NCBI RefSeq assembly: GCF_009834535.1
Contig: NC_045696.1
Span: forward strand, 82,958,001 to 83,022,000
DNA from: Camelus ferus
Taxonomy: Eukaryota
Direction of reading: 5' to 3'
DNA: 64,000 nt
Below are positions 23,171 to 36,930 of the stretch, in pieces (the first letter of the stretch is position 1; each line of letters begins with the position of its first letter). Under the pieces are notes generated by a model. That model did no database searches. It worked only from the letters and a program-made list of their open reading frames with translations, and was not told the origin of the DNA. A program made the translations under genes and the position numbers.

Positions 23171-24659
23171 CTACTGCTGGTGATTTTGCAAATTCATGAT
23201 TTTTAAATTCATTTAAAAATTCATGGCATCGAAAATTCCAAGTAAAAAGGGCAAAGTTTGTACGGGCAATGAAGAGCAGGGCACATAAAAAAAAAGAGCT
23301 TGGACCTTGAGGAATGTCCAAAGTCTCCCTGGATATTAATTAAAATAGTAGCTAAATTACAACATGAATAGGATTAAGCATAAAAATATATTTCCTTGTA
23401 GTTAACATTTTAATGTGTTGGCCATGTTCTAGGAACAAGATGCCAGGATCTTCTTCTGAGGGACTTGGTAAATGAGTTACATACCTTTCGTCCGGCTTGA
23501 ATAATCCAAAGGGATGGGCCGGATGACTGCTCAAGATGTTCCTCTGCCCAGAGTAATCATTTTCTTCTATTTTCACACTTGAACTTGAGGTTTGTAAAAG
23601 CCCTAGCTCATGGCCCTTTTCAGTAAATTTCAACTGATGCTATCTATCTTGTCCTTCCTAAAGGGCTTTAAAAAATTAAGAAATTCTAAATTAAATTTCT
23701 AAGTTTAAGAACAAATAGAAATAGGTCTGTCTTTCAATTCTTCCTAATAGCAAAACACATACATAAAGTGTGACTATGAGTCATCTTTCAAAGCTTTAAT
23801 TTCTTACTGCTCTCTTGTGGCCATTTAAATGAACTGTCCAGATGCTTTTTTTTTTTTTTAACAGATCTATTAATATTAATAGGAAAAATTTTTTTCAAGT
23901 CAAGTTGTCAAATTTTGTGCAGCAAATTTAGCATCTTTGACATTTGAACATCAAGGCCATAAAATAATTCTTTATTTTATTATGAAGGACTTAACTGCGA
24001 TGGGTTTGCAAATAGGAAAGGCCAGCCTCGTCGTGTTTTTTTTTTTTTAGTAAAACTAACTGCATTGTTATTCATGCATGAAGTCATCAAAAGCTGAAGT
24101 TTGAAATAATTCTGGCCATTCTGAAGGTAAAATAATGCAGTTCCCAGCTTGTTCCCTTATTGTGGCTTTGGGAATATCAGTAGGGTCTAAATTTAGTTAT
24201 CATAATATAAAATAGTTATTTTTTAGGGGAAAAAATCATTCAAAGGCTGGTTATATGTTAGAGCACAAATAAGATAAAACTAAGAAATAAAATCATTCTG
24301 TTCCATTTTGGCCATATAATACTGCTCATGAGTAGACAGGACCCAGGAATTTCAGTCTAAGCAATTTTAAATCAAAATCAATTGCAATGTTTTATTCTCC
24401 CAGGCCTGAGTGTCAGTCATGCAAATTATGATGTTGTTTAACAAACCTCTAATTCATTTGACTTCAATTCCTATGACCACATCTATTCAAACATGGCAAA
24501 TTTTAAGTATAATTAGTAGGTACTCTGTCTTAATTAGCACATATATACATAGTCATTCGAGGGGCTAATTCTGTAAAATGAGGTCCATGCCTCTCCAGGC
24601 ATTACGCCACAGAGATAGAATTGAACTCAGATTGTCCAGGGTTAAGTTACTATAAACAA

Positions 24660-25800
24660 CATGTATTGGAGCTGCATCTCTCAACAGTCCTGAGAATACA
24701 GTAATAACTGCCCTCCCCAAAGACCTAGCCTCATGGAGCTTATAGCCTAATCTATGAGACAGACATAAGACATGAAGGAATGTAAAACTACAACCATGAT
24801 CAATCCTGGGAAGAAAAGAAATATGACGAGTTTATCTGGTCAGAAGGGTTAGATGAGATTTTCCTGATAATGTAATGATACAGCCAAGCTGTCAAGATGA
24901 ATAGGAACTGATGAGGCAAAAAGGAGAGAGCAGAAGGACCAGTGTGTGCAAAGGCCCTGCAGTGCAAGAGAACAAGGAACTTTTAATGAAATGAAATAGC
25001 GGTCAATGACTTGGTAGTAAGAATGCAAGAGGAAGTGTGAAAAGATTTAAAGCTGCTGAGATATGGTTTTGTGGGCTCAGTCAAGGAGTTTGTCTTTATT
25101 ATACAAGTATAAGAAAGACGTCAAGATGCTCTAATCAGATAATGATAAGATGGCCTTGTGTTTGAAAAGAACATTCTGCTTAATGTGTGAGGTCAGAGTA
25201 ATAAGAAGAGGTCACTTTGAGAGCTTTTGCACTGCTCCAGGTGAAAGGTAACTGTGGCACAGATGGGGTGGAGGAAAGCCTGAATGAAAGGATATAGGAA
25301 GTATAATCCCCAAGGCTTAGTGATGGATTGAATATTGGAGGTGAGGGGGAGAGAAGTATTCTGGATGATTCCTTGGTTTCTAGCTTCAGTAACACATTGA
25401 TTACTGGTTATATTTACTAAGAAGAATACCAGAATACCAGAATACCAGTTTTGGGGCAAAGATTGGGTTTAAGTTGTAGGTGAGATATAGAAGTGGAGGT
25501 ATTAAGAAAAAAGGTGGATACATCTGTTAAGAATTCAGAGGAAAAGTCTGTTGTGAAAATATATACGTGCATAAACTTGGTATTCTAATGTGTGACTTTT
25601 ATGAGATTGCTGAGGGAGGGAGAAATGGCATGAATAATCTACTTGTAAGTAAAACGTGAAGAATTTTAACTTGTATTTGTTAAGTGAAAAAAAGAGAAAG
25701 ACAGTCTGCAAAGGATAGTGAGAAAAATTATTGGAGAGAATAGATACGCCTGTGAAACCATGATGCCACAGAGATTAATGGACGATTGGGATTAAGTCCA
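24660..25800 (-). mobile_element. LINE-2 fragment
   Basis: gcctcatggagcttatagcctaa...cagtgtgtgcaaaggccctg...ctggatgattccttggtttctagctt. Confidence 0.8.
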
Positions 25801-25839
25801 AAAAAATGGTTACTATGCTAAGCAACTTAGGCAATAATA

Positions 25840-26101
25840 AATAATAACTGCTAATGTCTGAAGATTTACTGTGCATCAAAGATTTTCTCAGGGTTTTGCG
25901 TATATTAATTCCTTGAATCTCCCACCTGTACTATGGTATAGAAACTGTTATCCCCATTTTATGGATGAAGAAAGTGAAACATAGAGAGGTTAAGTACCTC
26001 ACTGAGATCACACAAAAAGTAAGTAGAAGAGCTAGCATTCAAAGCAAGGCAGTCTGACTTCAGAGGTCTCTGTTTTGTTTACCACTAAGTTGTTCTGCCT
26101 C
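25840..26101 (-). mobile_element. MIR SINE, near full length
   Basis: tatccccattttatggatgaagaaagtgaaacatagagaggttaagtacctc...gcaaggcagtctgacttcagag. Confidence 0.9.
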
Positions 26102-26639
26102 TTGACAAGTCAAAGATAGAGAAAAAAATTGTCTTTGTCTTGAGTGACATGAAGGTCAATCATAACTTTACTACAAAGGTTAGGTTTGAATGGAAGGAAA
26201 GGGCCAGGCCAACAACCACACAGAGGTGAATCGTAGAGTAGGGGGTGGGAGGAGGTTAAGAAATGGACAGTGCATTTAGACACAGCTGGAAAAGCAGCTG
26301 TCCAGATTCACGGCCCTGAGAAATGTAGTTTGAATCAGTCCCAAGATAGAGTCTTGCAAGTAGGACTTTTGGAAGCCAGGCAACTATGGAAGACTCCAAA
26401 GACTCAGATCATCTCTAATTGGACATAGGAAGCAGTTCTGAAATGCATCAGGCTCTGAGTTCAGTTTTAGAGTGAGATAAAATCATTGGGTTACTTCTGA
26501 TACTAACATTCTGAGGTTCAAAACTATTTTATTCACCTGATTATCTATCACTCCTACTCCCGGACGACTCAGGCACTTATTACAGTGCTTTATATGTAGC
26601 TGGAGAAAGGGGGTTTGCAGGGGAGTCACCCTGGGGTTA

Positions 26640-26800
26640 GAGGACTTGGAGTGTTTATCCTGTTCTCCACCAGCTGTGACTTTAGACAAATGCAAATCTC
26701 CTAGTTCTTCGCTATAAAAGAGGAAGAAACAGTCCCTTCTCAGTATTGTTGGTAGGATTAAGAATAAAAATGCCTTGTTATCTACACAATCTTATACAAA
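26640..26800 (+). mobile_element. MIR fragment
   Basis: tcctgttctccaccagctgtgactttagacaaatg...cagtattgttggtaggattaa. Confidence 0.55.
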
Positions 26801-28129
26801 TCTTAGCTGCTAATATAATAGACTGTATTGGAGGACGGAAGGAAGGAGAGAGACTCTGGTCTGAAAGTTTCATTAGACAAGAAGAAAGATAAGCCTACTG
26901 AAAATGTGGCACACAGTAGATGTTCAGTAACTATTTGTTGGTGGCTTAATTGATTTTTTTCCCATTTAAGAAGGGCTAGAAAGAAAAACGTGCATCCACT
27001 GGGGTCAGACAAAGATCACCCTGACCTTTGCTTGAACACCATTCCCGTGAGCGCACTGGCCAACAGAAGGGGAGTTTCACGTTAGCAGTAGTGATAGAAC
27101 AGGCATTTAAAATAAATATTGTTGATTGATTGATTGAACTGGGCATATCATCAACATTGCAGCACAAAGCATTGCGACAAGTGATCCTGGGAGATTTGAG
27201 AGGAACAAGCTTGCCAGCCCTCCAGCCGGCAGACATTTCCTGAAGAGTCGCACTGCAGTGCCCCCGATGGACTGCCCACCAGTGCCAATTAAATGTAGTT
27301 GGCAGTTAAACTTTCAGGGTGGCAGAAAATGATCTTTAGGACAGCTTCGGATTCACTGGGGGCGTAGTCATTTCTACAGAGCTACATTTTCACTCAGAAT
27401 TTAAACAAGAGGTGGAAGATGGAAGACAGCCAATTGATGTCTGCGTGGACTAGAGATTTTTCCTCCGGAGCAAGTATGAGAATGTTAAAGTTTTTAGAAA
27501 GGGTGAGACTTTCGGCTATTTCAGCCATCACACAGTGTCCTCTGGAAGTTTTTCTTCAAGTATTTTAAAATATCATTTTTTTAAGTATTGACTTTTCAAA
27601 TGAATAAAACAAGCAAACAAGAACAACCAAACTAACCAACACAACAAATGAACCAAAGGGAAGAATAATGCAATTAAGAAAAGTAGCTGTCTTTGCTTGA
27701 GTCTTTCGGACCTGAGAGTGTTAATGTGAAGCATGCAAAACTAAGGAGAATTTTCTTCATCACATCTCTAGAGGAGTCATCATTCTATGGACTCTTCATC
27801 CTAGAACATGCCCAGCTTTCCCTGAGAATGTTCCAGATGTCTCCAAGTGCAAAACCACAGGAAGGCCTGGTAGGATCAGGTCAGGGCAAAACATGGAGTT
27901 TCTATGCAATTGTTGACAGAAGTTATTTAAAGGAGGGCTGTCTCTTTTTTTTCTTTCTCTTAGATACACATATGCTGTGTTCGCAGGGGGCTTTAAGATA
28001 GTTTATAAATAAAAATGTGCTGTAGTAAATAGCATTAATCTATTCATTCTAACTATACTTGCATTAAAAACACTTAATTATCACTAAATACTTGTGTAGT
28101 ACTTTTATTCTCATTCCAAACTATTCATA

Positions 28130-30270
28130 TATCCAAATATTAAATGAATATTTAATAAGTATTTTCTGAGCATCTACTACAATCTCAACTCTATTCAATC
28201 TCTGAAGATATAACAATGGACAGAATGATTTCTCTCCACAGAGTTTACATTCCTAGTGGGAAAATAGATAATCAAAAGCAATTATGACAGAGTTTTATAA
28301 GTGTTATAGAGGGTGAGCATTAGGTCCTATTGGGCAAATAGCAAAAGGTACCTAATCCCAACTCCAAGTGAGAGTCCCGTGACTTCCTGGAAGACACGAT
28401 AACTCAGCTGCTGTCTGAAGGATGACTAGGGGTGAGTAAAGCAAAAGAATCAAGGTTAAGAAAGTGAGTTCCAGTCAAATGAAATGCCACGTGTAAAAGT
28501 CTCAAGACGAGGGAGAGATGATTCATGCAAGGAAGCAGAAGACATTATCTATGACTGGAGTCAAAAGTTCAGGATGAGAAGAGGCAAGATTAAGTAGAAA
28601 TCAGAAAATGTAAGACCTCTAAGCCATGTTAAGAATTTGGACTTTATTGTAAGGGCAACAGGAAACCATTGAAAAGTTACATTTGTGGTAAGATTAGATT
28701 TATATTTTAGGAAGGTCACTTGGACATTACTTAGAGGATACAGGGACCCCTTGCTAGCCACATTATCATTAGTGCAGCTTCTAGTGTCTTAATTCAGGGG
28801 TAAAGAGACTAAGATAAATTTTTACATTAATCTCCCACTCTTCAAACTTTTGCTAAACACTATGCCAAATAGGTTCAGAGCATAATGTCCTTCTCTATCT
28901 GAATTCTTGCTGTCCAAACTGAGGAATCAAATAGATTCAGAAAATGAAGAATACTTGTAAATTTAAGTGAGATAACAATGGAGGGTGGAGACATAATCAA
29001 GGTAACAAATTGGCAGTGACCTGAGGGTGTAAGATGTATTTAGAATAGAGCATCAGTAGACCATTGTGATAGATTTGATACGGAGGGGAGTTTGAGCATG
29101 ATGCAGGCTGTTTGGGGGAAATCTTTGGTGTTTCTATTGCTGTGGTAGGAAATAAGGGAAGAGGAGTCAGTTTTGGTGAAATGGAGTATGGGTATCGTGG
29201 GATGGAAAAGATTCTGAATTCTGTTTGGGACATACTGAATTTAAGGTGTAAGTGGAAGACTGCAGTAGAACTGTCCAGTAGCAGTTAGAAGTTTGAGTCT
29301 GAATCTAAGAAAATGGATCTGGGCTGAAGAGACAGAATTTCTAGCTGTTGGCTTATAGATGGTATGGCAGAGACTGTTAGTTGTCCACTAAAATCCATCT
29401 TCCCCTTCTCTCTGAGGATATGCCCAACGGAAGCCCACAGTTTCCAGCTCTCACTGTGGAGTCATGTGGTCATGAGCACATTCTCAGCAGTGTGATGTGA
29501 GTAGATGTGATGTGTTCAACTTCTATGGCATTGGTTTAAAGAGTAGTCCCTACTCCGGAACTTCCTTGTTTCTTTTTTCCTCCCTCAGGGACCTGAACTT
29601 ACAGAAACCTAGCTTCAAATAGCAGACAATGACAATGCAGATGATTTAGGGTTGCAGAGCAGCAAGACAAAGGAAGCTGGGTTGCTGACTGACACTATGG
29701 AGCACAGCTGCTGCCATCTTGGACCATGTACAACTTGACTTTTAGGTGAGAAAGAGATAAACCTTAATTTGGGGGCCACTCCTTTTTTTCATAATGGGTT
29801 AGCCTTCACCTCAAAGAATAGGGATGGCAGTCCTATGATAGTATGTTAGATACAATAGGGAAAAGTATACTGAATGAGAAAAGAAAGGCCCTATGATAGG
29901 ACCTCACAGAACATCAACATTGAAAAAGTAAGTAGACAAGAATCCTGAAAAAGAAGGTGAAAAGGTGTAGCCTGAAATATAGGAGGAGGTCAAGGGGTAA
30001 ACTTGGGAAAGAATGTTTGAAAAGAAGAGGAGAGTGCTCACTAGTGTCAAATGATGTTAACAGATCAATAAAATAAGAATCAAGGGAAAAGTCTAGGGGA
30101 TTTAGTGTCAAAGAGGCCACTGATGATCTGGTAAGAATGGGTTTGGAGGAGTGGTGGTATGAAGAGATGGCAGAAAGATGAGGAAACGGAGGTTACACAG
30201 CATTTTAAAGAAATTTGGTGTGGCAGAAAGGAGAGAGGTGGAGCCAGAATTATGGGTGGAAGTAGGATCA
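28130..30270 (-). mobile_element. LINE-2, interrupted by an MLT1 insertion
   Basis: taagccatgttaagaatttggacttta; ttctgtttgggacatactgaatttaaggtg; gtgtcaaatgatgttaacagatcaataaaataaga. Confidence 0.8.
29365..29820 (+). mobile_element. MaLR LTR (MLT1J-like)
   Basis: tggcagagactgttagttgtccactaaaatccatcttccccttc...gatgtgagtagatgtgatgtg...gcagagcagcaagacaaaggaagctggg...gagaaagagataaacc. Confidence 0.75.
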
Positions 30271-30274
30271 GCAA

Positions 30275-30420
30275 CTAATAGCTAACATTTCCTGAGGGGC
30301 CAGGTAGTGTTTCACTTTACACATATTTTCCCATTCAATCCTTACAAAAGACCTATGAAGTCGGTTCTACTATGTATATTTTACAGAAAACCAAGGCACA
30401 AAAATGTCAAATAACTAAGT
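30275..30420 (-). mobile_element. MIR fragment
   Basis: taatagctaacattt...ttcaatccttacaaaagacctatgaag...attttacagaaaaccaaggcaca. Confidence 0.7.
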
Positions 30421-30879
30421 TTTGGAGCATTCTTAATTACCTTGTACTGCAGCAACTGGTCAGGCAGCTTAGGGAGGCTATATATTTTTGTTCTTTATAT
30501 CTGCATAACATTCAACTTCAAATATTCATGCTGAACATAAGCTGAAATTTAAAGTTAGGCCTAACAAAGTATTTACTCCAAGGCAAAGCAAATCAGTTGC
30601 TCCACCCCAACCAAGGCCCAGAAAATTTTCTATTTGTCTTATTCTCTGAGCCTTGATTAGTTAAGGAAGGATGCTTCCAGATGTTCTGCCTTGATAATAA
30701 TCACCATCATCTGTTAGTCACAGTATGAATTATAGAGTTGATTTGTGGGTCCATTTGGAATGGCTTGCCCTGGATGCCAACATTATGAAGCTTGCTGTTT
30801 GTTTGAAATAAGTACCAAGGGATCTACAAAAACAGCTAGGAGAACATAGAAGAAAGGTTTCCTGGGGAGTGGTGAGGGC

Positions 30880-31690
30880 CCCCTTCCTATTTTGGAGACT
30901 ATGAATTTATTATGGTATTTATCTGCATAGTTACATGATTTCCTCCAAATTATATTCAGCTACTGAGATGAATATAGTGAGATGGGAGGTAGTTGAGATT
31001 CTCTAGCTTGGGCTTCTGCCAGTAGATAATGGAAGAATAATGAGCAAAGGAGTAAAGATATTAAAAACAGAGTTGTAGAAATGATGGACCATGAGACTTA
31101 AGCTGTGCAGAAAACCAGGAGACTTAAGCTGTGTAGAAAAGGGAGCTATGGTAGAGGTGATCAAATGACTGAAGCAAGTAATTCCATGAGAGCAGGCATC
31201 TTTGACTTCCTGGTTCACTCCAGGAATCCAGTGTCTAGAACAATAGAAGGCACCAAGACGGCTCTCAATACTATTTGTTGAGTAGCTTAAGAATGAGATG
31301 AGAGACTACAGTATTGGGAATAATTAAGCGACAGTCAAAGAATAAGAGTTTTGGATCAAATCGCTGTGGAGTCTGAATTTACAATTTAAGAACTGGACTA
31401 GTTTCAGGGAACGATTATGGTCCCAGATTTACAACTTCGTGGTGGGTGCCTGAAGGGCACTGCACAGGAAAATAAGTCACTAGAGATGAGGTCAAATTCT
31501 CAGAGCTGAGGGTTTGTTTGAGTTGAATACACATCTTTCTGAACACGCAAAGTGGTAACAGAACCTGTGGAGAGGGGAGAACTGTAAACCCAGGTGACAA
31601 GGCAAAATCAGTAAGTGAGAGGGAATGGTTAGATCTGAAGACAACACACTGAAGGACAGAGGATGGTATACAGGTCAAAGACAAACATTC
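30880..31690 (-). mobile_element. LINE-2 fragments, with a small opposite-strand L2 3' piece at about 31185-31285
   Basis: ctgcatagttacatgatttcctcc; ggtcactagagatgaggtcaa-like ORF2 text; inset ccatgagagcagg...ctcaatactatttgttgagt. Confidence 0.55.
31089..31140. repeat. 26-bp tandem duplication (24/26 identical)
   Basis: ccatgagacttaagctgtgcagaaaa followed by ccaggagacttaagctgtgtagaaaa. Confidence 0.92.
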
Positions 31691-34089
31691 CAGCTAGCAT
31701 CACTCAATAAAAATAATGGTTAATATGTTCCATTCACCTGGATAAAGTGGCGGACAATGGATACTTTATAGCCTGATTTACCTGTTTTCATGGTCTAAAA
31801 TGAAATATCGATTGCCTGTCTGGAAAATTATTTCATTCTGTGCCATCTGACATGAATCGTCCTTCTTTTTCTTTCATATGCCAAAATTGGATGAATCTAT
31901 AATGGCAAATTTATTTGACAGTAATGATCAATCAATCAAAAAATTCAAGCCAGTTTATGAAAATGGATATTATCTAGTCTTTGAGTTTCTGATATTTGAT
32001 TAATAATGTGCTCACAAATGCTTATTATTCACTATTCTTTCTAGACAATAATTTTCTTTTTTTTTTCTTTATTTTTTTTGCAATGGCATGCATAATTTGG
32101 AGCTGTATATGCCAAATATCTTGAACTGGTGAAGGTCTTTTGTTTCTTTATTGTTGTATATTGTTTACTTGTTGAAATAGTTTGAAATTAACTTTATTCA
32201 AATTGACAATACAGATATTTCCTCTTAGAAAGATTTGTTCTTATTGTGATGGTATTATGTAAAATGCTAAATATTTTGTTGCATGTCTTGCAACTAAAAT
32301 TTATCTCAGCTTTTTTGTAATATCTAGAAACAAATAAAGGTGATACATTCCTTTGCACACCTGGAAGAGAAAATGGAAAACAGAGGCAATCATATCAATA
32401 ATTTGAGTACATAAATGACTTGGCTCTTTCTTTTGAAACTGTTTATTCATCTGAGTTATCTGCATATTTGTTTAATTCTCCTCATTCCTCTCTTCCCATA
32501 GAGAGACTGTCTGAATCAGAAACCAAAGAAAAGGATTCTAATCCTTTGGTTAGAGAATGGGTAAACATGTTCTGATGTCTGTGTTGTAATGTGTAGAAAC
32601 TTTCACAGCCAAAAAATATTAACAAAGAATCCTTTACCTTGATTCTCGTTAACTAGGATTTAGGAAAAGAATCCCACCACTGAGTAGACCATTTCAGAAA
32701 GAGTGTTTCCATGCCGAACTCTTGATTCCCTTGTCTTTGTAAAGCCTGAGAGTCACCAGACACTGTTTGATAGCTTGTTCCACTATTCTCTAGTATTCTT
32801 TTCTTTTCACCATTTCAACTATGTTAGTCAAATGAGTTTCCATGGCCCCGTCCTCAAAAGTTGTACAGGGCATGATGGCTTATGTTTTGCTTGGCAAAAT
32901 TCTCTAGAACGTGATTCATTGTCTGCAGGTGATTCATGGTTAGGAAATTAATTCTGAACCTGCCAGTGATTGCGGTTGATTAAAGTCCAGAAGTCCCTGC
33001 CGTCTATTCACTAGCACTCTTTGTCAACTGGAATATTTCTATAATAAAAAAGAGCCGAAAGTAGATGTGCTTGATGCATGGAATTTACATGCATGTTTGC
33101 ATCTTTTGAAAGAGCTACTCAAGACTACATAATTTTAACACTTGGCATGAAAATCATTCTAAAAGTGTCTCACTGAATGAATCACATTTTACAAATAAAT
33201 ATCTGTCAAATGGTGCAATTACTTCAGATCCAGTCATTAAGCAATAAAATAAAGCAGTAAATAGGATACATCTGCTGCAAAGTGCTATAGAAATGTGAGT
33301 TTCCTTCTCAAGTTACTTGTCTTTTAATATTTTAGCCTAATTGGTTGGAATGATTCACTAGAAACATCAACCATTCAATGCAATCACGGTACCAAAAAAG
33401 GAGGGAAAAAAGACTTCCTAAACCAGTCAATAGGAGAAGAAAAAAAAAACACCTACTCATACAAGAAAAGAAAGCAAAAACCAGAGATGGGACATAAAGC
33501 ATTGCTGTTATGTGCCAGTGAGAGGAATGCTTTGGGATGAAAGATCACACATCCTTTGAAAAGCAGTGACAATCTTTCAAGGTGCTATCTGGTTTCCTAC
33601 CATTACAAAACACCTAGCTGTGCACATGCACATAGAAGTAAATTTAAGATCATTCTGTTTGTAAACCAACTGATATTCTTTGAATGTTTCATTTTTCTAA
33701 AATAAAGTAAGTAAACAGATATGATATTAGCTTAATAATGCTCTACCACCTTATCAGTGGTACAGAGTTTACATTGAAAGGCAGGCCAGGCAACACATTA
33801 GGTAATTACGATCTATCACCATAGGGACAGAATTAATAAAATATTAAATCTTCTTTCTCTAGTTAACTTTCCTTCTATTTGAGTAATTATAAAAAGAAAC
33901 ATGAGAAATAGGAAACTTGTTAAGATTCAATTTGGTAAAATATTTAAAATAAAGTTTTGTTGGGATTTGACTATAAAAAGCTTATTTTACAAAAATATGC
34001 AGAAGAAATTAACAATCACATAATTCTTTCATTCTGGTGACTAATGCTGGTGCCTAGGTGTCTTATGATTTTTCTGTTTTTCATTGTAT

Positions 34090-34335
34090 ATTTTTAAGGC
34101 TGGACCTAAAGATGCCTCCTTTGCCTCCTTTGTTTCAGTTTTCTCCCTTGTACCTCTGTCACTACCATAAAAAGAGCATGCTCAGCTTAGCACACTGTTC
34201 TAGGAGGGTGAGAATCACGTGGAGCAGAGCTGTTCCAGCCAATCCACGTACAAAGAGTGATGTGCAAATGCACAAGGGATAATAAGTGATTTTTGTTTGG
34301 GGTGACTTGTTATGCAGCGGTAGCTAACAGATGTC
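34090..34335 (+). mobile_element. MaLR LTR 3' part (MLT1H/I-like)
   Basis: ctgtcactaccataaaaagagcatgctcagc...cacgtggagcagagctg...ttgttatgcagcggtagctaacagat. Confidence 0.7.
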
Positions 34336-36629
34336 ATGTACATATATATGTGTGTGTGAATATAGGCATTTATGTATATATATGTACATACACATATATT
34401 TAAAAATATCAAAAGCATAATGTCCTTTAGATTGTTTTTTCAGTTAATATATGTTAACTGAATTAATATAGAATAACCATACTTATCTCAAATATAGACA
34501 AGTAATTATTTCCATTTTTGTCTTACTGCTAGAGTATGAGGTCCTCGAAAGCAGATACCACTGTAAGCCAGTGCCTGGCCAGGAATAATAAGAACTAAAC
34601 AAGTATGTACAGTCTAAATTAAATTTTTCAAGGACTCTATTTTAATGGTTACATTCTTTCCATTGTATATATACATGCATATATACATTAATGTCTATAT
34701 ATATGCATTTATATTTCTAATCAGACTCTTATTTTTATTTTTGTTAAAATTCTTTTCTGTGCACATTTATGATTATTTCCTTAGAAAAAAATTCTTGGAA
34801 GTAGAATTTTGGGGCCAAAGTATATAGGAAGGACAGCTATTTTAATAAATTCTTTTTTATCAGCATCTTAGCAATCACAATTTGGCAAAACCTTTTTTTT
34901 TTTCTCTCTCTCTCCTTTTTCTTCTAACTTATTTGATTCATTATGTGGCCTTTCCAGATTAAGGTGAGAAAAAAGTGGTCTCAGATTGTGCTTCGCGTAG
35001 TTTAAAAATGGGTATTTTTCCCCCTTAAAAAACAAGCTGCAACCATGTCCTATTCTATCATTTTCTCTTTTCTGTTTTGCAGGCTTTCTTTCATGCCCTG
35101 TCAATACAGATCTATTGAGGTTCTCCTATGTGTGGGGTGCTTCTCTCATCAATCCCTTTTTTTAAAAGGCACTGCCCCTCCTCCTCCATTTCACACTCAA
35201 GGGAATGAACATATGGAGCAGCAGAGACTATTAAAAACAGGTTGACAATTCCAAAGACAGGACTTATCAAAGCCAGGAGATTGGCAATCTTGGGGTACAC
35301 GCCTGTTGTCTAGCTTGAGGGGACTTTTCATTGTTTTTCAGTTTGGACAGGTTTTAGAGCAAAGACCTGGAAGGTGACCAGAGAGACAGAGAACTTATTA
35401 GTAACCATAGGTGAGGGTGGGCATTCTACTGCAGAGAAACTTAAACCCACACCATTAATCTGAGCGTAGCCTTTCAAATGGCTATTGTGTCTGAACCTCT
35501 TCCTTCCTCACCTCTAGGGATCATTCTATAACGCAGACTTCATGGTGAACAAAGACACTTGCTTTCTCACAGTACCTGTTCAAAGTACAATAGACTTGTC
35601 AATCTATGGTAATGTTATTCCCCAATTCTGCTAAGCACTGTATTTATTATAAAACATAGAAGATGGTAGGCTGACAGATTTGTTTTTTAGTACTTAATAG
35701 ATTTTAACTATGCCCAGTCTATTTTAATTGTTGTATATTCCTATAATTAAAAAAAAAAACTTTTGTTAGTTGTTTTCTAAACTACACTAATTCCTATTTT
35801 AATGCTGATATTATGTTCACTGCAGGGCTGTAGCTAAGGAAATATAATCAGAGAATTTAATTCTACCTTGAAATAGGTATATGGTTTGTAAAGGTCAGAA
35901 AAAAGATGGAGGAGTTCTTTTAGTTTCAAATAACTGTAATTTTGGCCCACGCCTGGTATCAGAATTGTCTTGGACTAATTTGAATATAACTCCTCTTAAC
36001 AGAGTCAGAACATTTTCTCCAGGATCAGAATTTGATTCTGTACTTAGAATAAAAGCTGAAAGGATTTCAGCTATGCCTCACCCTCAGTACATACCCACGA
36101 AGGCCGCGGCTTGTCACTCTTATGTGAAGTTGTGCTTATTGTAAGCAGCCTGTTTCAAACTGAAATTACAGTTGGAAGTACCATATTTCAGTAAAGATTT
36201 TCCCATTTATCCACAAACTCCAATTTAATTTTTAAAAAGCCACTGAATTTTGAAACAAATTAGAAAGGGAAAATGAAAAATAACACTCTCTATTTATGTT
36301 GGAAAGATCGGAGACATGATTCGGAGCCTCTCCCTATCCCCTCCCCCACAAAAGATCAGGTTTATACATATATTCACAATGATATGAATAATTGGCCAAT
36401 TATTCAGATATTTGGCCTGAAATATTCAGACATACTACATAAAAGTGTTTTGGTACTTTTGGGCTTGAATTATTGAGGTAATTGGACCAATTCACTATTT
36501 CACTTTGCCTCTGTAAGTATAGTGGTACCTTAATTATAGTCTAATTTACAGGGTTTCTTTTCCTCCACAGACACTTTTAGAATACCGGATTTCAAATGGG
36601 GAGATTTGAGTTTGATTCTCTTTCCCTCT

Positions 36630-36930
36630 CATTAGCCATGTGACCTTGGACAAGCCACTCTCCTTGGCAAGGGGGAAGGAGGGGGACTGTTCCTTGATCC
36701 AGAACAAGACTATGATGCGTAACCTACGCATTTCATAAAGTTGAGAAGGGTTAAATAACATGACAGAAAGAGCTATCGGTTATCGGTCATACACGCTTTC
36801 ATTTAATTTTCACAATCACAAATTGTGTAAAAGAATTGATGTTTAGAGAAATTAAGAACATTGCCAAAGTCGTGCAGCTAGAACTGCCCAGAGCACGGAC
36901 TCAAAGCCCAGACCTGGGTTCTACTGTACA
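36630..36930. mobile_element. Two MIR fragments in opposite orientations (+ about 36630-36765, - about 36790-36930)
   Basis: ttagccatgtgaccttggacaag; ttgccaaagtcgtgcagctag...ggactcaaagcccag. Confidence 0.6.
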
